Below are positions 9,196 to 17,246 of a stretch of DNA of 64,000 bases, piece by piece. The position numbers were made by a program, and so were the translations under genes. The number at the start of each line of letters is the position of its first letter. The first letter of the stretch is position 1. Source of the DNA: Candidatus Daviesbacteria bacterium (GTDB lineage: Bacteria; Patescibacteriota; Microgenomatia; Daviesbacterales; UBA10151); assembly GCA_016187025.1 (NCBI GenBank), contig JACPKM010000001.1, positions 245,688 through 309,687 of the forward strand. Reading direction: 5' to 3'. Under the pieces are notes generated by a model that saw nothing but the letters and a program-made list of their open reading frames with translations, did no database searches and was not told the origin of the DNA.

Positions 9196-9249
9196 GATTC
9201 ATTTACCTTCTAGTCTTTCCGTAGAGAGCTTTACTATGTAAGTACGTAT

Positions 9250-9278
9250 TGACAAGATTATATTTGTGTAGTATGGTA
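9250..9278 (+). promoter_or_regulatory. sigma70-type promoter for brnTA (TTGACA-17-TATGGT)
   Basis: TTGACA at 9250-9255, 17-nt spacer, TATGGT at 9273-9278, about 16 nt before the brnT ATG; the TTG start used by the ORF track is the -35 hexamer itself. Confidence 0.4.
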
Positions 9279-9293
9279 TATACATATTTCTGG

Positions 9294-9590
9294 ATGAGAA
9301 CCGATAAAGATGTTTTTGAATTTGAGTGGAATAACGGAAACAGCGGGAAAAATAAAAAGCATAAAGTGGAAGACAAAGAAGCCGAGGAAGTATTTTTTGA
9401 TGAGAACAAAGTAACTTTTCCTGATAGTCTCCATTCCACAGACAATGAGGAACGTTTAAGAATAATTGGTAAAACTAAAAAAGGAAGGTTACTATTTATT
9501 GTCTTTACCAAAAGAGGTCAAAAAATTAGAATCATTTCAGCAAGAGATATAAACCGAAAGGAGGTGCCTCTTTATGAAAAAACCGCTTAA
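9294..9590 (+). CDS. brnT: BrnT (DUF497) ribonuclease toxin of type II TA system (start at internal ATG, MRTDKDVFEFEWN...)
   Basis: Characteristic FEFEWNNGNSGKNKKHKV N-terminus and RIISARDINRKEVPLYE C-terminal segment of the BrnT family; overlaps brnA by 17 nt. Confidence 0.7.
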   Translation: MRTDKDVFEFEWNNGNSGKNKKHKVEDKEAEEVFFDENKVTFPDSLHSTDNEERLRIIGKTKKGRLLFIVFTKRGQKIRIISARDINRKEVPLYEKTA

Positions 9591-9834
9591 ACTACCAAAG
9601 TTTAAAAATGAAGATGAAGAGAGAGGCTTCTGGGCGAAGATAGATTTGTCTAAATACTATGAGCCTTCGGATATGGAAAAGGTTAGTTTTCCTAATTTGA
9701 AACCTACCAGCAGGTCTATTTCCATTAGAATTCCGGAATATCTTTTAAATAGAGTCAAAGAAAAGGCTAATGAGATTAATGTACCCTATCAATCTTTAAT
9801 CAAAGATTATATTAAAAGGGGTATATTATCCTAG
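9574..9834 (+). CDS. brnA: BrnA antitoxin (RHH/CopG-like)
   Basis: C-terminal ISIRIPEYLLNRVKEKANEINVPYQSLIKDYI matches the BrnA ribbon-helix-helix consensus (ISLRLP...L...A....VPYQSLIK); translationally coupled to brnT. Confidence 0.7.
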   Translation: MKKPLKLPKFKNEDEERGFWAKIDLSKYYEPSDMEKVSFPNLKPTSRSISIRIPEYLLNRVKEKANEINVPYQSLIKDYIKRGILS

Positions 9835-9864
9835 TAAATGGGTTGTAGCATCTGAAAAAGAACA

Positions 9865-10017
9865 CCCATTACTTACAACTGATCCTAAAGAAACTTACAT
9901 CACGGAGAGGTTCTGCCGATACTTCTATCAAATCGCGCATACAAAACAGCCTCCCGTACACTAACAGGGGAATGTCCTAAGGATACCAGTATACAGGCTC
10001 CTATATTTTCACCTTCC
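9865..10017. repeat. right copy of the ~150-bp direct repeat; on the minus strand encodes a decayed Clp_N C-terminal fragment (..SLGHSPVSVREAVLYARFDRSIGRTSP*)
   Basis: About 85% nucleotide identity to 8329-8479; minus-strand translation parallels the C-terminus of the intact Clp_N protein (..SLGHSLTDVREAVLYAQFDRRRRTSS*). Confidence 0.65.
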
Positions 10018-10037
10018 CCACTATATACGAAAAAAGA

Positions 10038-10805
10038 TCAAATGATGAACTGGCTGACAGTTGTTTCTAAAGACTTTTTATCAATCCGGGTTTTCAGTTT
10101 TTTTAACCAGGTTAAATCAACACAAAACTGTTGAGATATTTCTTCAGGGGAAATCTGCTTCTCAGTCAGCAAAAACAAGATTGGGTCTATTTTATCCCAG
10201 GTTAGAGCGATATTTTCCGGATAGAGTAACCCCTGGTAATTAGTAAGAGGTATGAATTGACCGGGAATATTTAGAAATTGGGCTAGATCATAAAGTTCTG
10301 ACTTGTACAATGAATAAAAAGGCATAAGATGTCCATAAAAACCTTCAGGTCTGTTGCCTAGTAGTCTGTCGCTTTTATCAAAGGTGTCAACTATTACAGC
10401 TTTCATATTCTCCGCTTGAATAGCTGAATGATAATTTATAAAACGTTGATAGAATCTTTTAAGGCTTGCAGGGGTATGCAGTTGATAAGCAGAAATTTCA
10501 GATTGATAAGCTGCACCGCGTTTTAAAATAAAAGTTTCCAGCCCGGAATATTTACAGAGCTCGACCAAGCTATTTGTTTCATCGGTTCCAAAATCAAAAA
10601 TCATTGCCACAATGTTTTCTTTCGATGCTTGTCTGAGTAACGCTCCGGCAACGATAGAATTAATGTCTCCGGATATCCGCACCATGATTTTGTGATGGCC
10701 GTGTTTTGACAAGTACTGGTAATAGTGTTGCAGATAATCAGTTAATTTGGTAACCAGTTGCTCATCAACTGGTTTTTTATATTTAAACAGATTGAGCAGG
10801 TCCAT
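10038..10805 (-). CDS. nadE: NAD+ synthetase (NadE, NH3-dependent) family protein with degenerate PP-loop
   Basis: PP-loop-like RISGDINSIVAGALL (SGGxDS reduced to SGDINS) and the NadE C-terminal pattern VIVDTFDKSDRLLGNRPEGFYGHLMPFYSLYKSELYDLAQFLNIP. Confidence 0.5.
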   Translation of the reverse strand: MDLLNLFKYKKPVDEQLVTKLTDYLQHYYQYLSKHGHHKIMVRISGDINSIVAGALLRQASKENIVAMIFDFGTDETNSLVELCKYSGLETFILKRGAAYQSEISAYQLHTPASLKRFYQRFINYHSAIQAENMKAVIVDTFDKSDRLLGNRPEGFYGHLMPFYSLYKSELYDLAQFLNIPGQFIPLTNYQGLLYPENIALTWDKIDPILFLLTEKQISPEEISQQFCVDLTWLKKLKTRIDKKSLETTVSQFII

Positions 10806-10819
10806 ATCAGGTACTAATA

Positions 10820-11761
10820 TTGTATACTAATTTAATGGATGATAAACTGCCCCCGCCAATCAAAATTACCCCAAACTCCCCGGATATACCTAATCCCCCA
10901 AATGACGATGACCCCATATTTGAGGCTAAAATCAATAACCCCTTTAGTAAATTTTTTAGCTGGATCAAAGATTTCCTTAAAAAACAAAGTAATATAACTA
11001 TTAAAATACCCATTATTGGTATTATCATGGGATTATCAGGTCTGGGGATCGGATGGGGCACAGGATACAACTGGGGTTTTAATACTGCACTTGCTAAACT
11101 ATTTCCCAACTCCTCTCCTGTTTTTCATAGGGCAGTTTCTTTAGAAGGAGTAATTCAAAAATCTGCTTCAGCGCAATTTTATCTAAAATCAGAGGATAAC
11201 TTATGGATTTTGAAACCAAAATCCCCAATCACCCCGGCAATCATAGAAACCTCAGTTGAAAAACAAGTGAAAGTTTTAGGTAATTTAACCAAAGAAGCAA
11301 ACGCTGTTGAAGTCTCAGAAATTATCCCGCTTGAGTCTCCCCAACCTACCCTAACGCCCCTTACCTCCCTTGTAAATTCTTATTCCTCTACTTCTTCTAA
11401 CCCTTCTAATCCCCCTGACTCTGAGCTTAAATTACCGGATCTCTTCACAGGGCTGCAATGGGTATCCACCCAAAAAAAGGTTTTAGTTTTTACCTCGGGT
11501 AAAAGAAGGATGGATGTGGAAGGGTTTCACATTGAATCATCCCAGCTTACTTCTTTCCCTCAGGATTTTATTAACTACTATATTACTGAGCTTAAAAACA
11601 AAGGCTTTAAAGAAACTCTAAATTCTATTAATCCTGAAGGGATAACAGTAACTTATTCCAAAGATGACCTCTTTTTAACTTTTGGAGTCAAAAATATCTA
11701 TCAAGGCAAAGCAGATAAAAAACAACTTGCAGGTTATGTTGCCTATCTAGAACATAATTAA
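10820..11761 (+). CDS. hypothetical membrane protein with Pro-rich N-terminus and extracellular domain
   Basis: 313-aa ORF, TM IKIPIIGIIMGLSGLGIGWG, S/T/P-rich linker; no recognisable family. Confidence 0.4.
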   Translation: MYTNLMDDKLPPPIKITPNSPDIPNPPNDDDPIFEAKINNPFSKFFSWIKDFLKKQSNITIKIPIIGIIMGLSGLGIGWGTGYNWGFNTALAKLFPNSSPVFHRAVSLEGVIQKSASAQFYLKSEDNLWILKPKSPITPAIIETSVEKQVKVLGNLTKEANAVEVSEIIPLESPQPTLTPLTSLVNSYSSTSSNPSNPPDSELKLPDLFTGLQWVSTQKKVLVFTSGKRRMDVEGFHIESSQLTSFPQDFINYYITELKNKGFKETLNSINPEGITVTYSKDDLFLTFGVKNIYQGKADKKQLAGYVAYLEHN

Positions 11762-12147
11762 GTCTTTGGGGTAAAGAGCTTTATCCCCTTGATATTCTCA
11801 AAATCTTTCCGGTTTAATGTAGCCAGTTCTAATTTGTGGAAAAGAGTAGTGGCGGCAATAATTGCATCGGAAAGGTTTCTGCCATATTTTGCCCTAGTTT
11901 CCCCGGCTTTCTCTGAAATCTCTTCTTCTAATGGCAAAATTTTGATATCCGAAAAAAGTGACTTTAATGTCTGCAAAGCCTCTGTTTTCTCCCATATACT
12001 TTTTCCAGAAAAGCATTCTGTATGAGTAATAATGGAAGCATAAAGCGGAATTTGGCTTTGTTCTAACTTGATCTGTATTGTTTTACGTTTATCTTTTTGA
12101 CGCAGGAAATCTATAATAATGGAAGTATCAACTAATACGCCATTCAT
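11758..12147 (-). CDS. vapC: PIN-domain ribonuclease toxin VapC
   Basis: N-terminal LVDTSIIIDFL with conserved acidic residues; 129 aa; start overlaps the stop of the upstream RHH gene. Confidence 0.7.
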   Translation of the reverse strand: MNGVLVDTSIIIDFLRQKDKRKTIQIKLEQSQIPLYASIITHTECFSGKSIWEKTEALQTLKSLFSDIKILPLEEEISEKAGETRAKYGRNLSDAIIAATTLFHKLELATLNRKDFENIKGIKLFTPKT

Positions 12148-12404
12148 TACCAGTTATATTTTTTTAATCTTTTTTCCAGATCCTTTCGAATTTTTTTGTA
12201 TTCCTGATAATCCTTATCAGTAAACCAGTCGGTTTTCAAATTTAACAGCATTTTAATCCTATCCTTTTTAGACATTTTTTCCTTACTGCCGACCTTCTCC
12301 CTAATGATTGCAGAGAAACTTTTTCTTTTTTTGGCTGCTTCCTCTTTGAGTCTTAAATAATCTTCTTCAGGCAGTCTGATGTTAGTTACCACATAGTTAC
12401 TCAT
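12147..12404 (-). CDS. vapB: ribbon-helix-helix antitoxin VapB (start at MSNYVV...; the ORF-track N-terminal extension is rejected)
   Basis: NIRLPEEDYLRLKEEAAKKRKSFSAIIREKV is a typical RHH/CopG segment; immediately upstream of and coupled to vapC. Confidence 0.55.
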   Translation of the reverse strand: MSNYVVTNIRLPEEDYLRLKEEAAKKRKSFSAIIREKVGSKEKMSKKDRIKMLLNLKTDWFTDKDYQEYKKIRKDLEKRLKKYNW

Positions 12405-12572
12405 ACAATACCATTGTATCATGATATTGAAATTAGTCAATATTAAGTCTTGTCCAATACAAGATGAGCATGAAATAACAGGTTGTTCTAATACAAGAAG
12501 AGCATAAAAAACCGCAAACACAAAACGAAAGCTTTACAATTTATAGCAATCATAGTATCATCTACGGTTATT

Positions 12573-13409
12573 ATGGGCCTAAATACAGTTGAAAGTGATA
12601 CTTCAGCAGTCAGAAATTCTGGATATAGGAGTTTAGCGGGATTTCTCAACCCAATCGTAGAAAAAGGGCAGGCACGTTTCCCCGGGGTCAAAGCATGGCA
12701 CATTACAGCTACTGGGATAGCTTTGACAATAGCAGGAACCGAGCTTGAAGAATATCAAAATCGAAGAGGCAAACATACAACATCGCTAGACTTGCTATCC
12801 GGTGCATTAACAGTTCTGGGAGTAGTTTGTGATCTTTTAGATGGTAAATGGGCAAGACTGGCAAGAAGTGAGATGTGGGATCCTGTAAAAAGAGAGGATA
12901 ATGAAAAATGGGGACAGGCGATAGACCCGGCTGCAGATGGGGTTATAGAAGCGCACCGGGCGTTTGCTGGGGCAGTAACAGCCTGGCATTTAGGTGATAA
13001 AGAAGGCTTTAATGCTGCAATGAGAAATATGGAAAGTACCAATCGGCCCAGGACTGCAAAAGCTTTTGTAGGGGCTTTCGGTAAAGCTACACCTGAAAGC
13101 TACCCCGTTTTTGATCCGAGATTCCTCGGCACAAGTTTAGGCAGGAAAGTACCTAACTTTCTCAGTACATATGTTAGAAAGCTTAGAGGATGTCCTATAC
13201 AGTTTATGATGGATTCAAGGGTAGCTAATGCAAATGATGTGGTAACAGCTGAGCGTTTATGGATGGTAGTTAAGCCTGCGAAAAGATTGAATGGTAAGGA
13301 GGCTAAACATGCCCAGGCTAGACTAGTGGTACTTGGAGCAGAAACCTTGGCTATTGCAGGTGCTGCATACCTTGTACGAAAAACCCTTACCTTTCCAGAG
13401 AATAAGTAG
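12573..13409 (+). CDS. GC-rich hypothetical membrane protein with partial CDP-alcohol phosphatidyltransferase-like motif
   Basis: DLLDGKWAR...GQAIDPAADG resembles DG-x2-AR...G-x3-D-x3-D; hydrophobic segments; GC about 47% versus about 35% background. Confidence 0.35.
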   Translation: MGLNTVESDTSAVRNSGYRSLAGFLNPIVEKGQARFPGVKAWHITATGIALTIAGTELEEYQNRRGKHTTSLDLLSGALTVLGVVCDLLDGKWARLARSEMWDPVKREDNEKWGQAIDPAADGVIEAHRAFAGAVTAWHLGDKEGFNAAMRNMESTNRPRTAKAFVGAFGKATPESYPVFDPRFLGTSLGRKVPNFLSTYVRKLRGCPIQFMMDSRVANANDVVTAERLWMVVKPAKRLNGKEAKHAQARLVVLGAETLAIAGAAYLVRKTLTFPENK

Positions 13410-13437
13410 CTTCCCTTTCAGGGAACGCAGGCATCTG

Positions 13438-13560
13438 TTATTTATTTCCTGTAACCAGATACGATGCTTGCCCTTCAACAGCTGCGGCTAGCACCATATT
13501 GTCATCAGGATCATTTTTTAAGCCATATGGGCAAAATATAATAATTTCTATAACCGCTAT
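13438..13560 (-). pseudogene. 3' fragment (40 codons) of a PIN-family toxin gene
   Basis: Minus-strand translation IAVIEIIIFCPYGLKNDPDDNMVLAAAVEGQASYLVTGNK* matches the conserved C-terminus of PIN-family toxins; preceded by an in-frame stop and has no start. Confidence 0.4.
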
Positions 13561-13589
13561 TTAACACTACATCATAATATATTAAGGTA

Positions 13590-13618
13590 TTGACATGTAG
13601 TATTATGTAGTATAATAT
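13590..13618 (+). promoter_or_regulatory. strong sigma70-like promoter upstream of fic (TTGACA-17-TAATAT), overlapping a direct repeat TGTAGTAT-TA-TGTAGTAT
   Basis: TTGACA 13590-13595, 17-nt spacer, TAATAT 13613-13618 (alternative TATAAT 13611-13616); 40 nt before the fic ATG. Confidence 0.45.
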
Positions 13619-13657
13619 AACAATCATGAGCAAGAAACTTGCCCCGCTCAATGCCAT

Positions 13658-14620
13658 ATGAACAATAAGTTAAGTTTATTGACACAAAAGAAACAAAAGC
13701 TAGATGGTTTTAGACCATTACCTCTAGAATTGGTTAAAAATCTTGATGAATGGTTTAAGGTAGAACTTACCTACACCTCTAATGCCATTGAAGGTAATAC
13801 TCTAACCAGGGCAGAGACAGCCCTAGTAGTAGAAAAAGGTATTACCGTACAAGGTAAGAGTTTAACAGAACATTTAGAGGCGACTAACCATGTTGATGCT
13901 TTGGAATATGTAAAAACACTGGTAGGCAAAAAAAGGCAAGATATAACAGAACAAGATATTTTAGATATAAACAGGCTAATCTTAAATAAGATTGAGGCTG
14001 TTAATGCGGGTAGATATAGGACACAACATGCACGGCTGACTGAAACTGATGTAATTTTACCCAACCCAGTTAAAATTCCAGAGCTTATGGAGGAGTTTAT
14101 GGGATGGCTGGTGGGTGATAATTCAGACCATGTAGCAAAGATAGGGGCTGATGCTCACTTCAAGTTAGTTAGTATTCATCCATTCTCGGATGGGAACGGT
14201 AGGACTTCCCGACTTCTCATGAACTTACTGTTTATGCAAGAAGGCTACCCACCTGCTATAGTCCGTAAAGAAGATAGATTAGCATATATAAACTCCTTGG
14301 AGAAAGCTCAGAAAGGCGGTGGGTTAGATGATTTTTATAATCTAATTTATGAAGCAGTTGACCGCTCGCTGGATATTTATTTAGAGGCACTCCAACCAGA
14401 AAGAGAGAGTTTAGCAGAGCCTATCCCAGCTCAGAGGTTTTATACTACAGATGAGGTGGCAAGATTACTTCAAGTAGATCCAGAGAGTGTTAGAAGATAT
14501 GTCAGGAGAGGGATACTGCGGGCAGTTAAGTTGGGTGGTAAGTTTATTAGAATAGACAAAGCTGATTTAGACAGGTTTATTGAGCAATTAAAAACAACTA
14601 GGACTGGACTTACGCAATAA
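13658..14620 (+). CDS. fic: Fic/DOC family protein with N-terminal inhibitory helix motif and C-terminal excisionase-type HTH
   Basis: Fic motif HPFSDGNGRTSRLLMN; N-terminal SNAIEGN ([S/T]xxxE[G/N] alpha-inh, class II-like); C-terminal YTTDEVARLLQVDPESVRRYVRRGILRAVKLGGKFIRIDKADLDRF resembles excisionase/MerR-family HTH. Confidence 0.75.
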   Translation: MNNKLSLLTQKKQKLDGFRPLPLELVKNLDEWFKVELTYTSNAIEGNTLTRAETALVVEKGITVQGKSLTEHLEATNHVDALEYVKTLVGKKRQDITEQDILDINRLILNKIEAVNAGRYRTQHARLTETDVILPNPVKIPELMEEFMGWLVGDNSDHVAKIGADAHFKLVSIHPFSDGNGRTSRLLMNLLFMQEGYPPAIVRKEDRLAYINSLEKAQKGGGLDDFYNLIYEAVDRSLDIYLEALQPERESLAEPIPAQRFYTTDEVARLLQVDPESVRRYVRRGILRAVKLGGKFIRIDKADLDRFIEQLKTTRTGLTQ

Positions 14621-14725
14621 CTAACTGATAACTGGTATGAAAAACTAGGCTTTACTCTGGCTGCTAACCTTTTTAAGAGATAAGTAGTAGACAGAGGTTG
14701 ACGGCAGTGTTAATATTTACTCCTT

Positions 14726-14983
14726 ATGATTAAACTTTTAGACTTTTGGGCTCCGTGGTGTGGTCCCTGCAGAATTATGAACCCAGTTTTGGAAGAGATA
14801 GAAAAAGAATTGCAGGGAAAAATAGCAGTGGAAAAATACAATGTGGATGAAGCTCAAGAGATAGCCTCCAAGTATGGGGTAATGAGTATTCCTACCTATG
14901 TTATAGAAAAAGATGATAAAGAGGTGGGAAGAAAAATTGGTGTCACCTCAAAAGCGGACCTTCTAAAATTACTGCAACAGTAA
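14726..14983 (+). CDS. trxA: thioredoxin (short, 85 aa; lacks the usual N-terminal ~20 residues)
   Basis: WCGPC active site, cis-Pro segment MSIPTYVI; in-frame stop just upstream precludes a longer N-terminus. Confidence 0.7.
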   Translation: MIKLLDFWAPWCGPCRIMNPVLEEIEKELQGKIAVEKYNVDEAQEIASKYGVMSIPTYVIEKDDKEVGRKIGVTSKADLLKLLQQ

Positions 14984-14985
14984 TT

Positions 14986-15291
14986 GTGAATTTCAAAGAC
15001 AAAGTTATTCAAATCACCAAAAAAATTCCTTATGGCCGGGTAAGCACTTATGGTACTATAGCCACATTGGCCGGAATGCCTCGGGGAGCAAGGTTTGTTG
15101 GAGGAGTGCTGCATTTTAACTCTGATAAATACAATCTCCCTTGGTATCGGGTAATTAACAGGCACGGGCTTATCTCCACTACATGTTTAGACCATTTAAG
15201 GCAAGCCCAAAAGGCTTTACTTGAGCAAGAGGGTATTAAAGTTAGCGAAGGTTTTATGGTAGACTTAGATCGTTATGGCTGGTGGGGATAG
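14986..15291 (+). CDS. atl: alkyltransferase-like (ATL) protein: MGMT DNA-binding domain without the active-site cysteine
   Basis: MGMT C-terminal domain pattern (YGRVSTYGTIATLAGMPRGARFVGGVL... LPWYRVINRHG) with PWYRV replacing PCHRV; GTG start. Confidence 0.6.
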   Translation: MNFKDKVIQITKKIPYGRVSTYGTIATLAGMPRGARFVGGVLHFNSDKYNLPWYRVINRHGLISTTCLDHLRQAQKALLEQEGIKVSEGFMVDLDRYGWWG

Positions 15292-15961
15292 TAAGAATAC
15301 CTGGATTATTGCAAACTGGAAGTCTAACATGACTATTGCTGAGGCTTTGGAGTGGGTTTCAAAAGTTGGATCGGAAATACCCAAGATAGACAATATAAAA
15401 GTAGTTGTTTGCCCAACATTCTCCGCCTTGTCTGAAGTAAAGAAAGCAATACAAATAGGAAATTACCCACTTCTTGTAGGTGCTCAAAACATCTCTCCAT
15501 TTGGGGTAGGTGCATACACAGGAGAAGAAAATGCCCAAACCTTATCTCAGTTTATTGACCTTGCTATTATCGGTCATTCAGAAAGGAGAGAAAATTTTAA
15601 AGAAACAGACGAAATGATTACAAACAAAGTAAATCAAGTGGTGGAAAATAAAATCACACCACTTGTTTGTGTTCAAAATTCTGAAACACCTATACCAGAA
15701 AATTGTAAAATTGTTGCTTACGAGCCTATCTTTGCAATAGGTACAGGTAATCCCGATACTCCGGGAAATGCCGATAAGATAGCAGATGTTTTGAAAGAAA
15801 GATATGGACAGAATTTAGCAGTAATTTATGGAGGTAGTGTTGATTCAGGTAATGTAAAAGGCTTTGTCGCTCAAGAAAACATTGCGGGTGTTTTAGTAGG
15901 AAAAGCCTCTCTTGATGCTGATGAGTTTATTAAAATAATTGCAGCTTGTGATAAAATCTAG
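15275..15961 (+). CDS. tpiA: triosephosphate isomerase
   Basis: IIANWKSN, catalytic AYEPIFAIGTG and IYGGSV motifs; 5' end overlaps atl, exact start uncertain. Confidence 0.75.
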   Translation: MAGGDSKNTWIIANWKSNMTIAEALEWVSKVGSEIPKIDNIKVVVCPTFSALSEVKKAIQIGNYPLLVGAQNISPFGVGAYTGEENAQTLSQFIDLAIIGHSERRENFKETDEMITNKVNQVVENKITPLVCVQNSETPIPENCKIVAYEPIFAIGTGNPDTPGNADKIADVLKERYGQNLAVIYGGSVDSGNVKGFVAQENIAGVLVGKASLDADEFIKIIAACDKI

Positions 15962-17246
15962 GCTCTTTAATAAAATGCACAAGATCAAATTTGCCCAGTC
16001 TGCATCAGAAAACCCACATCAAAAAAAGACGGGCAAAGTTTTTAAAAAACTATCGCCTGTGTTTGTGGTAATCTTTATTTTAACTTTTGGATACTTGTTT
16101 ATTAGTACGTCCTCGGGATTCAAAACTGTTAGTACAGTAACAGACTTTATTGCGAAGCAACAACCTTTGTTGATCTTTCAAAACAGAACCAGTGTCAAAT
16201 CAACCGATAATAAAACAAATATACTACTACTTGGTAATCCTGGTGGTGTACATGCAGGACCATACCTGACCGATACAGTCATGGTGGCATCACTTCTTCA
16301 TAAAGAAAACAAAGTTTATTTAATATCTCTACCCCGTGATCTGTGGGTTGATCAAACCAAAACTAAGTTAAATGCAGTTTATGAGCTGGGATCAAGGAAA
16401 AATAACGGATTAGAATTTAGCAAAAAAATGGTAGGTGATGTTTTAGGTATCCCTATTCATTATGCAGTTAGGGCAGACTTTAGAGGATTTATTAAAGCAA
16501 TTGATGAGCTAGGGGATGTTGAGGTGAGTGTGGACAGAACCTTTGATGATTACAATTATCCAATTTCAGGTAAAGAAGATGATATGTGCGGTAATAAAGA
16601 AGAAGAAAAAGAGTTTAATGAAGAAGAAGCAAAGAAGCTAAATATTTCACCAGGAAAACAGAAAGTATTAATTTTAGCTGCTGGTCAAATAGCAACTGAT
16701 TCAGCAGATCCAGATAAAAGTTCTGATTACTTTGCTTGTAGATTTGAACATATTCATTACGAAAAGGGATTATCATTGATGGATGGAGAGGAAGCTTTAA
16801 TATTTGTTAGATCAAGAAAAGGTACCAACGGAGAAGGATCGGATTTTGCCAGGTCAAAAAGACAGCAAAAAGTTTTAGAGTCAATAAAAGCCAAAGTCTT
16901 GTCTTTTGAAACCTTAACAGATCCAAAAAAGATCTCCTTGCTAATTGATACCTATGGGAATAGTGTTGAAACAGACATTCCAATTATGGATATTTTGGAA
17001 TTTTACAAACTAGTAAAAAAGATAGAGTCTATGAAGGCTCATGTAGTAGACAACTCTGAAAACTCCAAATTACCTGGTGAGAAATTCTCTGTATTGGTAC
17101 AACCAAGAGCATCTGATTATGGGGGCGCCTATGTACTAGTTCCCAGAACTGGTAGGTATGATATTATTCATGAGTTTGTTAATAAAATACTATCAGGAGA
17201 ATTAAATCGATATGAAGCCACTACTGCTGCACGGGTCAGCAATTAA
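15939..17246 (+). CDS. LytR-CpsA-Psr (LCP) family cell-envelope phosphotransferase
   Basis: N-terminal TM, NILLLGNPGG...LTDTVMVASL...SLPRDLWVD core of the LCP domain. Confidence 0.65.
   Translation: MQLVIKSRLFNKMHKIKFAQSASENPHQKKTGKVFKKLSPVFVVIFILTFGYLFISTSSGFKTVSTVTDFIAKQQPLLIFQNRTSVKSTDNKTNILLLGNPGGVHAGPYLTDTVMVASLLHKENKVYLISLPRDLWVDQTKTKLNAVYELGSRKNNGLEFSKKMVGDVLGIPIHYAVRADFRGFIKAIDELGDVEVSVDRTFDDYNYPISGKEDDMCGNKEEEKEFNEEEAKKLNISPGKQKVLILAAGQIATDSADPDKSSDYFACRFEHIHYEKGLSLMDGEEALIFVRSRKGTNGEGSDFARSKRQQKVLESIKAKVLSFETLTDPKKISLLIDTYGNSVETDIPIMDILEFYKLVKKIESMKAHVVDNSENSKLPGEKFSVLVQPRASDYGGAYVLVPRTGRYDIIHEFVNKILSGELNRYEATTAARVSN

Noticed and set aside
9022-9248. Whether the hairpin cluster is a tRNA, tmRNA, SRP RNA or hammerhead ribozyme.
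   Set aside because: No T-loop (GTTCRANYC) with a 5-bp stem, no acceptor/CCA context, no SRP domain IV consensus and no CUGAUGA...GAAA core were found by eye. It is kept only as an unclassified structured-RNA candidate.
9249-9293. ORF-track TTG start for brnT at 9249.
   Set aside because: That TTG is the first three bases of a TTGACA -35 hexamer. The BrnT family N-terminus (FEFEWN...) begins at the internal ATG at about 9294, so the 15-codon extension is rejected.
8329-10017. Interpretation of the 150-bp direct repeats as the ends of an IS element or integron cassette.
   Set aside because: No transposase, integrase, inverted terminal repeats or attC-like site is visible. The repeats are gene-derived (Clp_N 3' end), so a classical IS or integron origin is not supported.
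12405-12521. N-terminal 39-codon extension of the vapB ORF (MFAVFYALLVLEQPVISCSSCIGQ...).
   Set aside because: The RHH antitoxin fold starts at MSNYVVTNIRLPEE. The extension is hydrophobic or odd and overlaps the likely promoter/operator repeats.
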